From NCBI RefSeq assembly GCF_005696695.1, contig NZ_CP040006.1:300001-332000 (forward strand): a stretch of 32,000 bases of DNA. The letters are read 5' to 3'. Position numbers and translations under genes: made by a program. The DNA comes from Schaalia odontolytica (lineage in GTDB: Bacteria > Actinomycetota > Actinomycetes > Actinomycetales > Actinomycetaceae). Below are positions 1 through 9,600 of the stretch, piece by piece (the stretch's first letter is position 1; every line of letters begins with the position of its first letter). The notes beneath the pieces were generated by a model that worked only from the letters and a program-made list of their open reading frames with translations, was not told the DNA's origin and made no database searches.

Positions 1-78
1 GGCACAGGCTGAGCTTCGACTGAAACCGGCATCGCCTTTGCGGGTGAGAATTGGGTGCTTTTGGCGCGTTTTTCGGTT

Positions 79-183
79 GCATTGGTGTTGCCGGTTTCAA
101 TGGGTGTTGTTCAGGGGCGAGCATTGGTGATGGTGGTTTCACGCTGGCCTGTATCAGTGGTTGCAGAGGTGTCATTGGTTTCA
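79..183. repeat. Degenerate direct repeats in non-coding DNA: GCATTGGTG(T/A)TG..GGTTTCA at 79-99 and 121-141, plus a shortened copy GTCATTGGTTTCA at 171-183
   Basis: Read directly from the sequence. No credible ORF covers them; the overlapping track ORFs have non-protein-like composition. Confidence 0.5.
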
Positions 184-209
184 AAGTCGCCACGGGCCGG
201 GTCCTGCGC

Positions 210-368
210 GTGAAAAAGTTCGCCCAGCACGGCCTGATTGTGGGTGTGAGCGTGAAAAAGTTCGCCCTGCGCGCTCGAAACACCCCAAATTTGACGTTTT
301 TAAGGTTGCTGGGCGAACTTTGTCACGGGTTGAGTGGGGGAGAGGGCGTGCTGGGCGAATTATGTCAC
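210..368. repeat. Four copies of an 18-nt element. Two are forward (GTGAAAAAGTTCGCCCAG at 210-227, GTGAAAAAGTTCGCCCTG at 252-269). Two are inverted (CTGGGCGAACTTTGTCAC at 309-326, CTGGGCGAATTATGTCAC at 351-368). REP/MITE-like intergenic inverted repeats.
   Basis: Direct reading. The forward and inverted copies are near-perfect reverse complements and can form nested hairpins. A GGCCCGCCACTGCC direct duplication follows at about 376-415. Confidence 0.7.
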
Positions 369-689
369 GCCTGCCGGCCCGCCACTGCCACCAGCCCCGG
401 CCCGCCACTGCCTGCCGGCCCCACGGCCAGGCCTTGCGGTGCCTACGGCACCCTCCACATCGGTGACGGTGGGGGGTGTGCGCGACACGAAGCCTTCTAG
501 CAGTGTGTCGTCGGTGTGTCGGACCCCCGTGTCGTGCAATTCCCCTGTTTGGCGGGTGTGAGTTTATGGCTTGGAGGACCCACGTGCGGATTGGCGGGTT
601 AACGTGCGCGATCAGCCCGATGCGAGTCGAGGCCGTACCCTGATAACCAGTCGACGCCGCGAGGCGTCGCCACAAATGGGGAGGAACGC

Positions 690-1238
690 ATGGAGTACGT
701 GGCGCTGCTGCGCGGCATCAACGTCGGTGGCAAGAACAAGGTCGTCATGAGCGAGCTGCGCGAACAGATCGCCGCCGAAGGCTTCATAAACGTGCGCACC
801 TACATCAACAGCGGCAACCTCCTCTTTGAGGCCGGGGCCGACGCCCCGCGCGATAACGTGGCCCAGGTGGTCGAGGACCTCCTGGCTCGCCGATACGACT
901 TCCCGATCCGACTGGCCCTCCTGACGGTGCAGGACTACCTCGCGGAGCTGCACAGTCTCCCCGACTGGTGGCACGGTGAGGTCGCCCGCCGCGACGCGCT
1001 CTTCTACACACGAGGCCTGGACCGCTCCCACGTGCGTGAGCGCATCGAGGCGATGGAGCTCGGAGACGAGGCCGTACACTTCGGCGAGCACGCCGTGTTC
1101 TGGGGCAAGTTCGACGAGAAGAACTTCCTGAGGACCGCCTACCACAAGCGCCTCCTGCGCGAGGACTTCTATCGTCAGGTGACGATACGCTCCGGTTCGA
1201 CGGTCGAGAAGATCGCAGCCATGCTGTCGCAGGGCTGA
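690..1238 (+). CDS. DUF1697 domain-containing protein
   Basis: The N-terminus MEYVALLRGINVGGKNKVVMSELR...YINSGNLLF matches the characteristic DUF1697 start (LLRGINVGG.N...M..L). GGGGAGG RBS lies 5 nt upstream of the ATG. Strong GC3 codon bias. Confidence 0.85.
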   Translation: MEYVALLRGINVGGKNKVVMSELREQIAAEGFINVRTYINSGNLLFEAGADAPRDNVAQVVEDLLARRYDFPIRLALLTVQDYLAELHSLPDWWHGEVARRDALFYTRGLDRSHVRERIEAMELGDEAVHFGEHAVFWGKFDEKNFLRTAYHKRLLREDFYRQVTIRSGSTVEKIAAMLSQG

Positions 1239-1347
1239 GGCTCGCCCCGCCCAATCGTGATTTTGGCCCCCGCGCGCGCCCCTGCGGCCCCGATGCAGCC
1301 CAAAACCCGTACGCTTGTGTCAGTTCACGAGAAAACGAGGAGACACC

Positions 1348-2325
1348 ATGGCCTCACACAGCGGGCGCCCCGGCGCCATCCGTAAGAAGGGCACCAAGAA
1401 GGGCGCGCAGGTCGGCACCGGCGGCCACTCGCGCCGCCGCCTCGAAGGCAAGGGCCCGACCCCCAAGGCCGAGGATCGCACCTACCATCCCGCCCACAAG
1501 CGCAAGGTCAAGCGCGAGGCCCGCGAGGCCCAGGAGGCCGCGATCGCGCGCGCCCGCGCCAAGTCGTCGATCCGCGTCAAGCCCGGCCACGAGCTGATCG
1601 CCGGCCGTAACCCGGTCGCCGAGGCCGCCCGCGCCTCGGTCCCGATCGAGCGCGTATTCGTCCTCGACAACGTGAAGGACGACCGCGTGGAGGAGGTTGT
1701 GCGCCTCGCCTCGGCCATGGGCGCCCCCGTTTACGAGGTCACCCGCCGCGACCTGGATGTCGCGACCGACGGTGCCGTCCACCAGGGCGTCGCCATCGAG
1801 GTGCGCGGCTACGAGTACGCCGATGCCTCGGATCTGATCGCGGGCTCTCTGCAGCAGCTGGGCCACCCGCTCCTCGTCGCCCTCGATCAGGTGACGGACC
1901 CCCACAACCTGGGCGCTGTCCTGCGTAGTGCGGGCGCGTTCGGTGCGGACGGCGTCATCATCCCCGAGCGTCGTAGCGCGGGCGTCAACACGACCGCATG
2001 GAAGGTGTCGGCCGGTGCGGCCGCCCGCGTGCCCGTGGCTCGCGCGACGAACCTCGTGCGCGCCCTCGAGGAGGCCAAGCAGGCTGGCTACTTCGTGGTC
2101 GGCCTGGACGGCGGAGGCGATGCGCCCCTGCGTGGCCTGTCGCTGGCGGATGGCCCCCTCGTCGTCGTGACCGGTGCCGAGGGTGCGGGCCTGTCCCGCC
2201 TCGTCCGTGAGACCTGCGATCAGATCGTGTCAATCCCGATCGCCTCGACCGTTGAGTCCCTCAACGCGGCCGTTGCTACGGGCATCGCCCTGTACGAGGT
2301 GGCCTCCCTGCGCGCGCAGGGCTGA
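1348..2325 (+). CDS. rlmB: TrmH/SpoU-family RNA 2'-O-methyltransferase, RlmB-like (23S rRNA Gm2251 type), with a basic N-terminal tail
   Basis: SpoU_sub_bind-like segment (ELIAGRNPVAEA) precedes SpoU methylase motifs (LDQVTDPHNLGAVLRSA, GAEGAGLS, IPIASTVESLNAAVATGIALYE). ATG 1348 follows a GAGGAG RBS. The track ORF begins at an upstream TTG (1315), which I consider less likely. Confidence 0.85.
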   Translation: MASHSGRPGAIRKKGTKKGAQVGTGGHSRRRLEGKGPTPKAEDRTYHPAHKRKVKREAREAQEAAIARARAKSSIRVKPGHELIAGRNPVAEAARASVPIERVFVLDNVKDDRVEEVVRLASAMGAPVYEVTRRDLDVATDGAVHQGVAIEVRGYEYADASDLIAGSLQQLGHPLLVALDQVTDPHNLGAVLRSAGAFGADGVIIPERRSAGVNTTAWKVSAGAAARVPVARATNLVRALEEAKQAGYFVVGLDGGGDAPLRGLSLADGPLVVVTGAEGAGLSRLVRETCDQIVSIPIASTVESLNAAVATGIALYEVASLRAQG

Positions 2326-2344
2326 GCCTTCCGAACCATCTGTT

Positions 2345-2380
2345 GTCTCGCCGTGGGTGCGCGCTAGCGCCCGCGGCGAG
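2345..2380. terminator. Hairpin (GTCTCGCCG ... CGGCGAGAC) followed by TCTTTTTT. Probable terminator for rlmB that overlaps the 3' end of the convergent gene 2364-2969.
   Basis: 9-bp stem at 2345-2353 and 2364-2372, T-tract at 2373-2380, located between convergent genes. Confidence 0.5.
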
Positions 2381-2969
2381 ACTCTTTTTTGGCGGCTTGG
2401 CGCATTGCGATCACGCTCCGTCCTGCGAAGAGGTGGTCTGTTGGTAGATCGCCCTCGAAGAGGAGTTCTGGCTGCGCGAGCAGTAGCTCATCGAGCTGCA
2501 GCGTGACGGCGAGGTCCTGGAGGTAGTGGCCGACGTCTTCCTTGGTGGTGGGGGTGTTGCGCTGGCTTACCCGGGTGTCGAAGCACCACACTTCGCTCGC
2601 GGGACGCCCTTCGGCCGACCAGGGCCGCGCTGCGATGAGGATCCGCGACGTCTGATAGCGAGCGGTTGCGGCAGGCTGAGAGGCAGGCTGCGAGGCAGAC
2701 TGGGGGAACAGGTCGCTGCGCGCAATCGCGTCAGTCACGGTGGAGAATAGCCCGCCCAACGTATCGAGGCCGTCCGCGATCTCGGTGCCAACCCACCCAT
2801 GCTGGGCGAGCTGCTCGCGCATCCCTGGCGTCTCCACCGGGGTGCTTCTCCACCTCGACGCCCAGTAGTTGATGCAGTGAGTGACCGCCTCGTGCGGATC
2901 GGTTGTGACGAGCGCGTGCAGATACCTGCGACGGAAGACCATCCGGCGCAGTGAGAAACCGGGGGTCAT
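2364..2969 (-). CDS. Hypothetical cytoplasmic protein, paralogue A of a tandem pair (family not recognised)
   Basis: 201-aa ORF. Shares blocks with the upstream gene: GWVGTEI/GWSGTEV, RILIAARPWSAEGRPASEVWCF/RIIIAARPMPDAEQARTELWCF, LLLAQPELLFEGDLPTDH/ILLAPPRLVDGEELPEDH. Its start overlaps the stop of the upstream gene (ATGA). Confidence 0.7.
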   Translation of the reverse strand: MTPGFSLRRMVFRRRYLHALVTTDPHEAVTHCINYWASRWRSTPVETPGMREQLAQHGWVGTEIADGLDTLGGLFSTVTDAIARSDLFPQSASQPASQPAATARYQTSRILIAARPWSAEGRPASEVWCFDTRVSQRNTPTTKEDVGHYLQDLAVTLQLDELLLAQPELLFEGDLPTDHLFAGRSVIAMRQAAKKESRRGR

Positions 2970-3616
2970 GATCGCTCCTTCGATGGGAGGAACTTGGCGA
3001 CGGGGTCGAGGAAGCTGCCCCGCATCTGGGTGATGTTGGCGGGGGAGAGGGGGTGGTCCTCGGGCAGTTCCTCACCGTCGACGAGGCGCGGGGGAGCCAG
3101 GAGGATGCCCTGCTGGTGCAGGGCCGTGTGCAGGTACTCAAAGACGCGGGCGAAGGGATCTTTGCCGGGGCGGGCGCGCTGAATCGTCGTGTCCCAGGGG
3201 AAACACCACAGCTCGGTGCGGGCCTGTTCGGCGTCCGGCATCGGGCGAGCAGCGATGATGATGCGGGTCTTATTGAGGTGGCGCAGCTGCGTGCGCACCG
3301 CCTTCGACGTCAGGTAGACGGCGAGGCCTCCCAAGAAGAGGCCCGGTGCGATCTCGCCAAGCTCCAGGAACGTGTCGTCGAAGCGTCTGCGCGAGGTCGT
3401 GGTCTGCTCGGGCATGACCGTGACCTCTGTGCCTGACCAGCCGATGTCCGCGAAACGCTTGCACATCGTGGTCGACTCGCGCTTGATGCCGATGAACCGC
3501 CAGAACTGTGCGCAGCGCGCGACGGCCTCCGCCGGCGGACACGACACGGTGTACACCGTCATGGGGCGCCTCTTCAGGAGGGAGTCCAGCGGCAGGCGCG
3601 GGGGAGTGATATCCAT
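2966..3616 (-). CDS. Hypothetical cytoplasmic protein, paralogue B of a tandem pair
   Basis: This is the 3' part of track ORF 2966-4276. I place the start at ATG 3616 (MDITPPRLPL...), which has an AGGAG RBS 5 nt upstream. An alternative start is ATG 3562 (MTVYTV). The rest of the 436-aa ORF is antisense to the DUF456 gene and looks non-coding. Confidence 0.7.
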   Translation of the reverse strand: MDITPPRLPLDSLLKRRPMTVYTVSCPPAEAVARCAQFWRFIGIKRESTTMCKRFADIGWSGTEVTVMPEQTTTSRRRFDDTFLELGEIAPGLFLGGLAVYLTSKAVRTQLRHLNKTRIIIAARPMPDAEQARTELWCFPWDTTIQRARPGKDPFARVFEYLHTALHQQGILLAPPRLVDGEELPEDHPLSPANITQMRGSFLDPVAKFLPSKERS

Positions 3617-3701
3617 CAGCACTCCTGGGGATCGGGGTAACGAGGCCAGGCTATCAGCGTGAGCGTCATCGCACGAAACCCGGAGACGATACGATGAGGC
3701 C

Positions 3702-4196
3702 ATGAGCGTCCTGGGAACCGTCATCGTTGGCATCGTCATCCTCATCGGAGTGATCGGCGCGGTCGTGCAGATCTGGCCCTCCGCACCCGTCGTCGGAGGC
3801 GCGATCCTCGTGTGGTCGTGGATGACCGGCACCCGCGCCGCGTGGATTATTTTCGCCATCGTAGCGTTCGTCCTGATCCTCGGAACCGTGCTCAAATATG
3901 TGATCCCCGCCCGCGGCATGAACAAGGCGGGGATCCCCCAATCCACGCTCGTGTGGTGCGCCGTCGGTGGCGTCGTCGGATGGTTCATCGGCCTGCCCCT
4001 CGGTCTCGTCCTCGGCATGGTCGCGGCCATCTTCCTCGTCGAATACCTGCGCAGCCGCGACACCGCCAGCGCCTGGACAGCCACCCTCCAGGCCCTCAAG
4101 GCCTTCGGCTGGACGATCGCCATCGAGCTGATCGCCGCCCTCACAAGCGCCACGCTGTGGGGCGTCGGCGTCGCCCTGGTTGCCGCCGGAAACTGA
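3702..4196 (+). CDS. DUF456 domain-containing membrane protein
   Basis: 164 aa with four hydrophobic helices and layout typical of DUF456 (LKYVIPARG...GIP..., GLPLGLVLG). TACGAT -10-like hexamer at 3690-3695 lies 6 nt before the ATG, so the mRNA may be leaderless. Confidence 0.8.
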   Translation: MSVLGTVIVGIVILIGVIGAVVQIWPSAPVVGGAILVWSWMTGTRAAWIIFAIVAFVLILGTVLKYVIPARGMNKAGIPQSTLVWCAVGGVVGWFIGLPLGLVLGMVAAIFLVEYLRSRDTASAWTATLQALKAFGWTIAIELIAALTSATLWGVGVALVAAGN

Positions 4197-4280
4197 CGCG
4201 ACCAGACAGGGTGCCCCGGCCTCGTCGTTCCTCCGGTAGGATGGGTCTGTTGCGCGCGCCCGCGTAACAGACCCAACTAA

Positions 4281-5573
<1,293 letters not shown>

Positions 5574-5590
5574 CGGTTTGCTGAGACGAT

Positions 5591-5629
5591 AGTGGGGGCC
5601 GGTGCTGCAACGCAGCACCGGCCCCCACT
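5591..5629 (+). terminator. Intrinsic-type terminator hairpin downstream of purA
   Basis: Perfect 18-bp stem AGTGGGGGCCGGTGCTGC / GCAGCACCGGCCCCCACT with a 3-nt loop, followed by CGTTTCAC. Confidence 0.75.
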
Positions 5630-5940
5630 CGTTTCACGCGCCACCGTCGGCGCGCATGTACGACAAAGCACGCCGAACCGAATGCGCCTGTCGGCGCGAA
5701 GGCCGCTCGTAGCGGCAGAGTTTGGAGCCCGGGGCATACCGGTCCGGCGTGCCCCACAACTGTACGACCAGTCAACGCCCGCGCGCATCCCGTGGCGGCG
5801 TGCATCAACCCACACGGGGCGTGCGCCACAGCCCGCCCCTCATCGCCGAGGCCGTGGCATCGTGAAGCGGGACTGACACCCGGCCCCGTGCCCGGGAGAG
5901 CCGACCCGCGCGAGCGGCTCCTGCCTCGTGAGGGGCGCAC

Positions 5941-6882
5941 ATGTGGGACCATGGAAGCGTGATGACTTCGACCCCGCCCACGCGACCCCGAACCCGCCCG
6001 AACCGCGGGCGTCGCCGCGAGACCCTGGCGACCCGGCACGTGCCCAACGGAATCGGTACCCTCACCGTCACCCTGCTGGCCGTGGCGACCATCGTCGCCT
6101 GGTGGCTGCCCGGTTCGCGTTGGAGCGTCGGACCCGTCGTCGCCGTCGCGTCCTTCCTGCTGGCTCTCGGCTGGCCGACGCTGGCGCGCCTGCACATGCC
6201 GTGGCTCGCGCAGGCGGTCCTCGCCCTGGGTGGCGCGCTGACCCCCATGGGCGTTGCCTACTGGAAGAACCTCGACATCGCCGTACCCTTGACGGGCATC
6301 ACCCTGGTCGCCCTGGTCGCCGCCACGATCCTGGACGCGCCCGCGCCCCGCGACCACTCCGTGGGCCACACGAGCGAGCACTGGGGGTCCACCTCGCTGA
6401 CTGCCGCCCTCGCCTCGTCGGTGACCGGGCTCCTCATCGTCACCTCCGGGTCCATGTGGGTCTCCCTCACCGTCCACGAGCGCTGGTCCGTGATCGTCCC
6501 CATGGCCGCCCTCATCGCGATTATCGCGGCGGCGTCGGCGCGCTCGGGACGCAGCGCGAAGGCGGGCGTCATCTACGCGATGCTGACCGGCATCGTCGCT
6601 GGTCTCGTCGCCGCGTCAATCGCGTGGATTCTCGGACAGACATCGGACCTCCTGCCCGTCGTCTTCCCCTTCATCACCAAGCGTTTCGGCGACTTCGCCG
6701 CCTTCCTGACCCTCGGTGGCGTCACCGGCTTCGGCGTTGGCTTCGCGGTCTCCGTCGTCGACGCGCTGCTGGGCGAGCGCGCCGCCTCCGCGCAGCTCGC
6801 CAACGTTCTGGGCCGAGGCGCCGCGAAGTTCCTCGTCGCCGCCCTGCCCGTCTACGCGATGATCCGCATCGGCGGAATCTGA
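5941..6882 (+). CDS. Polytopic integral membrane protein, function unknown
   Basis: Arg/Pro-rich cytoplasmic N-terminus followed by about 8 hydrophobic segments and high GC3. The start is uncertain (ATG 5941, or ATG 5962 with a GGAAG RBS). The overlapping ORF 5928-6992 is Arg-rich shadow. Confidence 0.65.
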   Translation: MWDHGSVMTSTPPTRPRTRPNRGRRRETLATRHVPNGIGTLTVTLLAVATIVAWWLPGSRWSVGPVVAVASFLLALGWPTLARLHMPWLAQAVLALGGALTPMGVAYWKNLDIAVPLTGITLVALVAATILDAPAPRDHSVGHTSEHWGSTSLTAALASSVTGLLIVTSGSMWVSLTVHERWSVIVPMAALIAIIAAASARSGRSAKAGVIYAMLTGIVAGLVAASIAWILGQTSDLLPVVFPFITKRFGDFAAFLTLGGVTGFGVGFAVSVVDALLGERAASAQLANVLGRGAAKFLVAALPVYAMIRIGGI

Positions 6883-7001
6883 GACCCCGCGGCGGTCGGG
6901 TCTCCGCGTGGCCGGGCCCCGGCCTCATCCCTATTTCGCTGCCAGCTGCGCGCGTCCCTGCTCGCGCGGTGAGCGTCCACCCGAGGCGTTAGGCTGGAGT
7001 C

Positions 7002-7664
7002 ATGATGGTGATACCTGCTGACCTGCCCGCACTCGTCGCTCCCGTCGCGTGGATGCTTGGAACCTGGGAGGGGTGGGGCATGTACGCCGCCCCCGCCGCC
7101 CCCGGCCAGGAAGAACCTGCCGAGGATTCCCCCGTTATCGAGGAGATCCGCGGCGATGTCGTCGGCGAGCAGATGCGCCTGGTGACCCGCGTGTACGCGG
7201 GCGTCGCCTCCGAGCCGATCGACCCCACGTGGGACGCGGCGAAGGGCCTGTCCGCAATCAAGAAGGGCGACCTGATCAGCGAAGAGACCGTGTACGTCTC
7301 CGTGGCCCCCTCCGACGCGCCGCTGCCGCCCCCGGGCCAGTACAACTCCCGCGAGTTCACGGCGACCTCTGCGTCCACCGAGGGCCACAGCGCCGTGTGG
7401 GACGGCGTCAGCGTCGGTCCGCGCGTGCAGATGGTCTCCGACGCGATCGCGCTCGGCGTGGGCGCCACCCGCGTCACGCACCTGGGTCGCATGTTCGGCC
7501 TGGTCGCGGGCGAGCTCATGTGGACGCAGGAGCGCACGCTCGACGGCGAGGATGAGGCCGACGTCGAGATCTCCGGCCGCCTGCACCGCACCGCGCAGGC
7601 CTCGACCGAGTCCGGCGAGGTCATCGAAGGCATCGACGACTCCCAGGATGGCTTCCTTGTCTGA
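7002..7664 (+). CDS. FABP-family / nitrobindin-like (DUF1794) protein
   Basis: The N-terminal motif LVAPVAWMLGTWEGWG matches the actinobacterial nitrobindin signature (L..L.WL.G.W.G.G). It lies directly upstream of ygfZ, an arrangement I recall from other actinobacteria. At 220 aa it is longer than typical family members. Confidence 0.7.
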   Translation: MMVIPADLPALVAPVAWMLGTWEGWGMYAAPAAPGQEEPAEDSPVIEEIRGDVVGEQMRLVTRVYAGVASEPIDPTWDAAKGLSAIKKGDLISEETVYVSVAPSDAPLPPPGQYNSREFTATSASTEGHSAVWDGVSVGPRVQMVSDAIALGVGATRVTHLGRMFGLVAGELMWTQERTLDGEDEADVEISGRLHRTAQASTESGEVIEGIDDSQDGFLV

Positions 7665-8826
7665 GTCTGCGCTCGATTCCGAGTTCGTCGACGAGGCCGT
7701 GGCCTCCTTCGGCGCGACCCCGCACTTCGGGGACCCGTCGGGGGAGCAGTGGGCCCTCGAGGGTGGTCGTGCGCTGGTGCGCCGCCCGGACCTGGCGGTC
7801 ATTTCCGTGTCGGGGGCCGATCGGCTGACGTGGCTGACGTCGCTGGCCTCCCAGATCGTCACCGACCTCGTGCCCGGCGCGAGCCGCGAGCTGCTGATCC
7901 TCTCGCCCGAGGGGCGCGTCGAGCACTGGGCCGGCGCCAGCGACGACGGGGAGACGCTGCACCTGATCGTGGAACGCTCGGACCTGTCGGGGTTCGTGGA
8001 GTTCCTCGAGTCGATGCGTTTCGCGCTGCGCGTCGCCGTCTCAGAGAGCGACGTCGTCGTGTTCTCCTCGGTCCGCACGTGCGCGAATACGCCCGAGTCC
8101 GTGGCCGACCTGCCCGGACACCTGTGGACCTGGGAGGACCCGTGGCCCGGCGTCGTGGAAGGCGGGGCCGCCTACTTCCAGGGCGAGCGTCATCCCGGCG
8201 CGCGCACCCCGATGATGTTTCACGCTGTTTCACGCGAGGCTGCGGACGAGTTTGAGGCCGCGTGGCTGTCTGCGTGCCCCGAGGCCGGCTCGCGCCGCCG
8301 CGCCGGATACCTGGCGTGGGAGGCCATGCGCATTGCCGCGTGGAAGCCGCGCCTGGGCCGCGAGACCGACGCCCGCGCGATCCCGCCCGAGGTGGACTGG
8401 CTACGCAGCGCCGTCCACACGACGAAGGGCTGCTACCGCGGGCAGGAGACCATCGCCCGCGTCCTCAACCTCGGACGGCCCCCGCGCCGCCTCACCTACC
8501 TGCAGCTGGATGGTTCGCGCGGCGACCTGCCCGCGCCCGGCACACCCATCGAGGTGGGCGGGCGCCAGGTCGGCGTCATCACCTCCTCGGCCCGCCACGC
8601 GGACGAGGGGCCGATCGCCCTCGCGCTGATCGCCCGCGCCGTGCCCGTCACGACCGTCTTCGACATCGACGGCGTCGCCGCCGCCCAGGAGGAGATCGTG
8701 CCCGTCCATGGCAAGTCCTCCGTGTCGCCCGTGACCCGTCCGGGCGCCGACCTCTCGCGCGAGGCTGGCCAGCGCGGCGGTTCCACGGGCTTCGGCGGCC
8801 TCGGCTCGGCCCTGGGGTCGCGCTGA
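7648..8826 (+). CDS. ygfZ: Folate-binding YgfZ / GcvT-like tRNA-modification (Fe-S cluster repair) protein
   Basis: Signature TKGCYRGQETIARV (K-G-C-Y/F-x-G-Q-E) and GcvT-like N-terminal part (VISVSGADRLTWL). I choose ATG 7648 (MASLSESAL) rather than the track start 7552. It overlaps the upstream stop by 17 nt. Confidence 0.8.
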   Translation: MASLSESALDSEFVDEAVASFGATPHFGDPSGEQWALEGGRALVRRPDLAVISVSGADRLTWLTSLASQIVTDLVPGASRELLILSPEGRVEHWAGASDDGETLHLIVERSDLSGFVEFLESMRFALRVAVSESDVVVFSSVRTCANTPESVADLPGHLWTWEDPWPGVVEGGAAYFQGERHPGARTPMMFHAVSREAADEFEAAWLSACPEAGSRRRAGYLAWEAMRIAAWKPRLGRETDARAIPPEVDWLRSAVHTTKGCYRGQETIARVLNLGRPPRRLTYLQLDGSRGDLPAPGTPIEVGGRQVGVITSSARHADEGPIALALIARAVPVTTVFDIDGVAAAQEEIVPVHGKSSVSPVTRPGADLSREAGQRGGSTGFGGLGSALGSR

Positions 8827-9278
8827 TGCGCGCCGTCATCCAGCGCGCCACCTCGGGCGAGGTCCGCGTTGACGGCACCGTCGTCGGCCGCCTCGCCATC
8901 GATCCGCACGAGGCGGGGGAGAAGCGCCAGGGCCTCGTCGTCCTCCTGGGCGTCCAGCGTGGCGACGGCCCGGAGCAGGTGGCCACGGTTGCCCGCAAGA
9001 TTGCCGAGCTGCGCATCCTCGACGACGAGCGTTCCGCGCTCGACGCGGGCGCCCCGATCCTCGTGATCTCGCAGTTCACCCTGTACGGGGACACCCGCAA
9101 GGGGCGCCGTCCCTCGTGGGCGCACGCCGCCCCCGGCGAGGAGGCCGAGCCCCTCGTTGACGCGGTCGTCGCCGACCTGCGAGGCCGGGGCCTGCACGTC
9201 GAAACCGGCCAGTTCGGGGCGATGATGGAGGTCTCGCTGGTCAACGACGGGCCCTTCACTGTCCTCGTCGAGGCGTAG
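8826..9278 (+). CDS. dtd: D-aminoacyl-tRNA deacylase
   Basis: MRAVIQRATSGEVRVDG...ISQFTLYGDTRKGRRPS...GQFGAMMEVSLVNDGPFTVLVE are classic Dtd motifs (SQFTL, NDGPVT). The ATG overlaps the ygfZ stop (TGATG). Taken from the internal part of track ORF 8262-9278. Confidence 0.93.
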   Translation: MRAVIQRATSGEVRVDGTVVGRLAIDPHEAGEKRQGLVVLLGVQRGDGPEQVATVARKIAELRILDDERSALDAGAPILVISQFTLYGDTRKGRRPSWAHAAPGEEAEPLVDAVVADLRGRGLHVETGQFGAMMEVSLVNDGPFTVLVEA

Positions 9279-9377
9279 TCGCGGGGGCTGCCCGCCGCGA
9301 CTGTGCTTGCGTGAGAGTCGTGCTGTGACGCTGCGGACCAGTGCGGCCGAGCAAAACCGCGCTCGCACTTGTTACCG

Positions 9378-9600
9378 ATGGGGTGTTGCACCTGATCGGT
9401 AAGCTTCAACCCCTTCTGATCGGGTTGAATCTTCCCGATCGGGTTGAATCCTGCCGATAGCTCCGCGTTTGTACTTGTTGTCGAGGGGCCATGCACCCGA
9501 TCAGTAGGCATTACACCCTTTCTGATCGGGTGTAATGCCCCTTAACGGGTGTCATGCTCGTTAACGGGTGTAATGCCCCCTAACTGGTGCATCGCTGCGC
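9378..9600. repeat. Two blocks of degenerate direct repeats with exact 19-nt periodicity. Units start at 9419/9438/9457 (ATCGGGTTGAATC...) and 9525/9544/9563/9582 (A[T/A]CGGGTG[T/C]..ATGC...).
   Basis: Direct reading. Units: ATCGGGTGTAATGCCCCTT, AACGGGTGTCATGCTCGTT, AACGGGTGTAATGCCCCCT, AACTGGTGCATCGCTGCGC. Non-coding region between dtd and clpC. Confidence 0.6.

Noticed and set aside
51-675. ORFs 51-500, 161-466, 334-561 (plus strand) and 181-675 (minus strand)
   Set aside because: They lie entirely within repeat-laden intergenic DNA. The translations are Gly/Cys/Arg/Pro-rich, and the ORFs mutually overlap in several frames with no RBS.
3617-4276. Upstream 220 codons of track ORF 2966-4276, which would make a 436-aa protein
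   Set aside because: This part is antisense to the DUF456 membrane protein and is Pro/Thr/Arg/Ala-rich without paralogue similarity. An internal ATG at 3616 with an AGGAG RBS gives a product the same size as its paralogue.
5928-6992. 354-aa plus-strand ORF overlapping the membrane-protein gene in another frame
   Set aside because: The translation is extremely Arg/Pro/Gly-rich. The alternative frame 5941-6882 gives a coherent multi-helix membrane protein.
9378-9600. Possible CRISPR array, because of short regularly spaced repeats
   Set aside because: The units abut each other with 19-nt periodicity and no spacers. The copies are degenerate and no cas genes are present, so this is not a CRISPR architecture.
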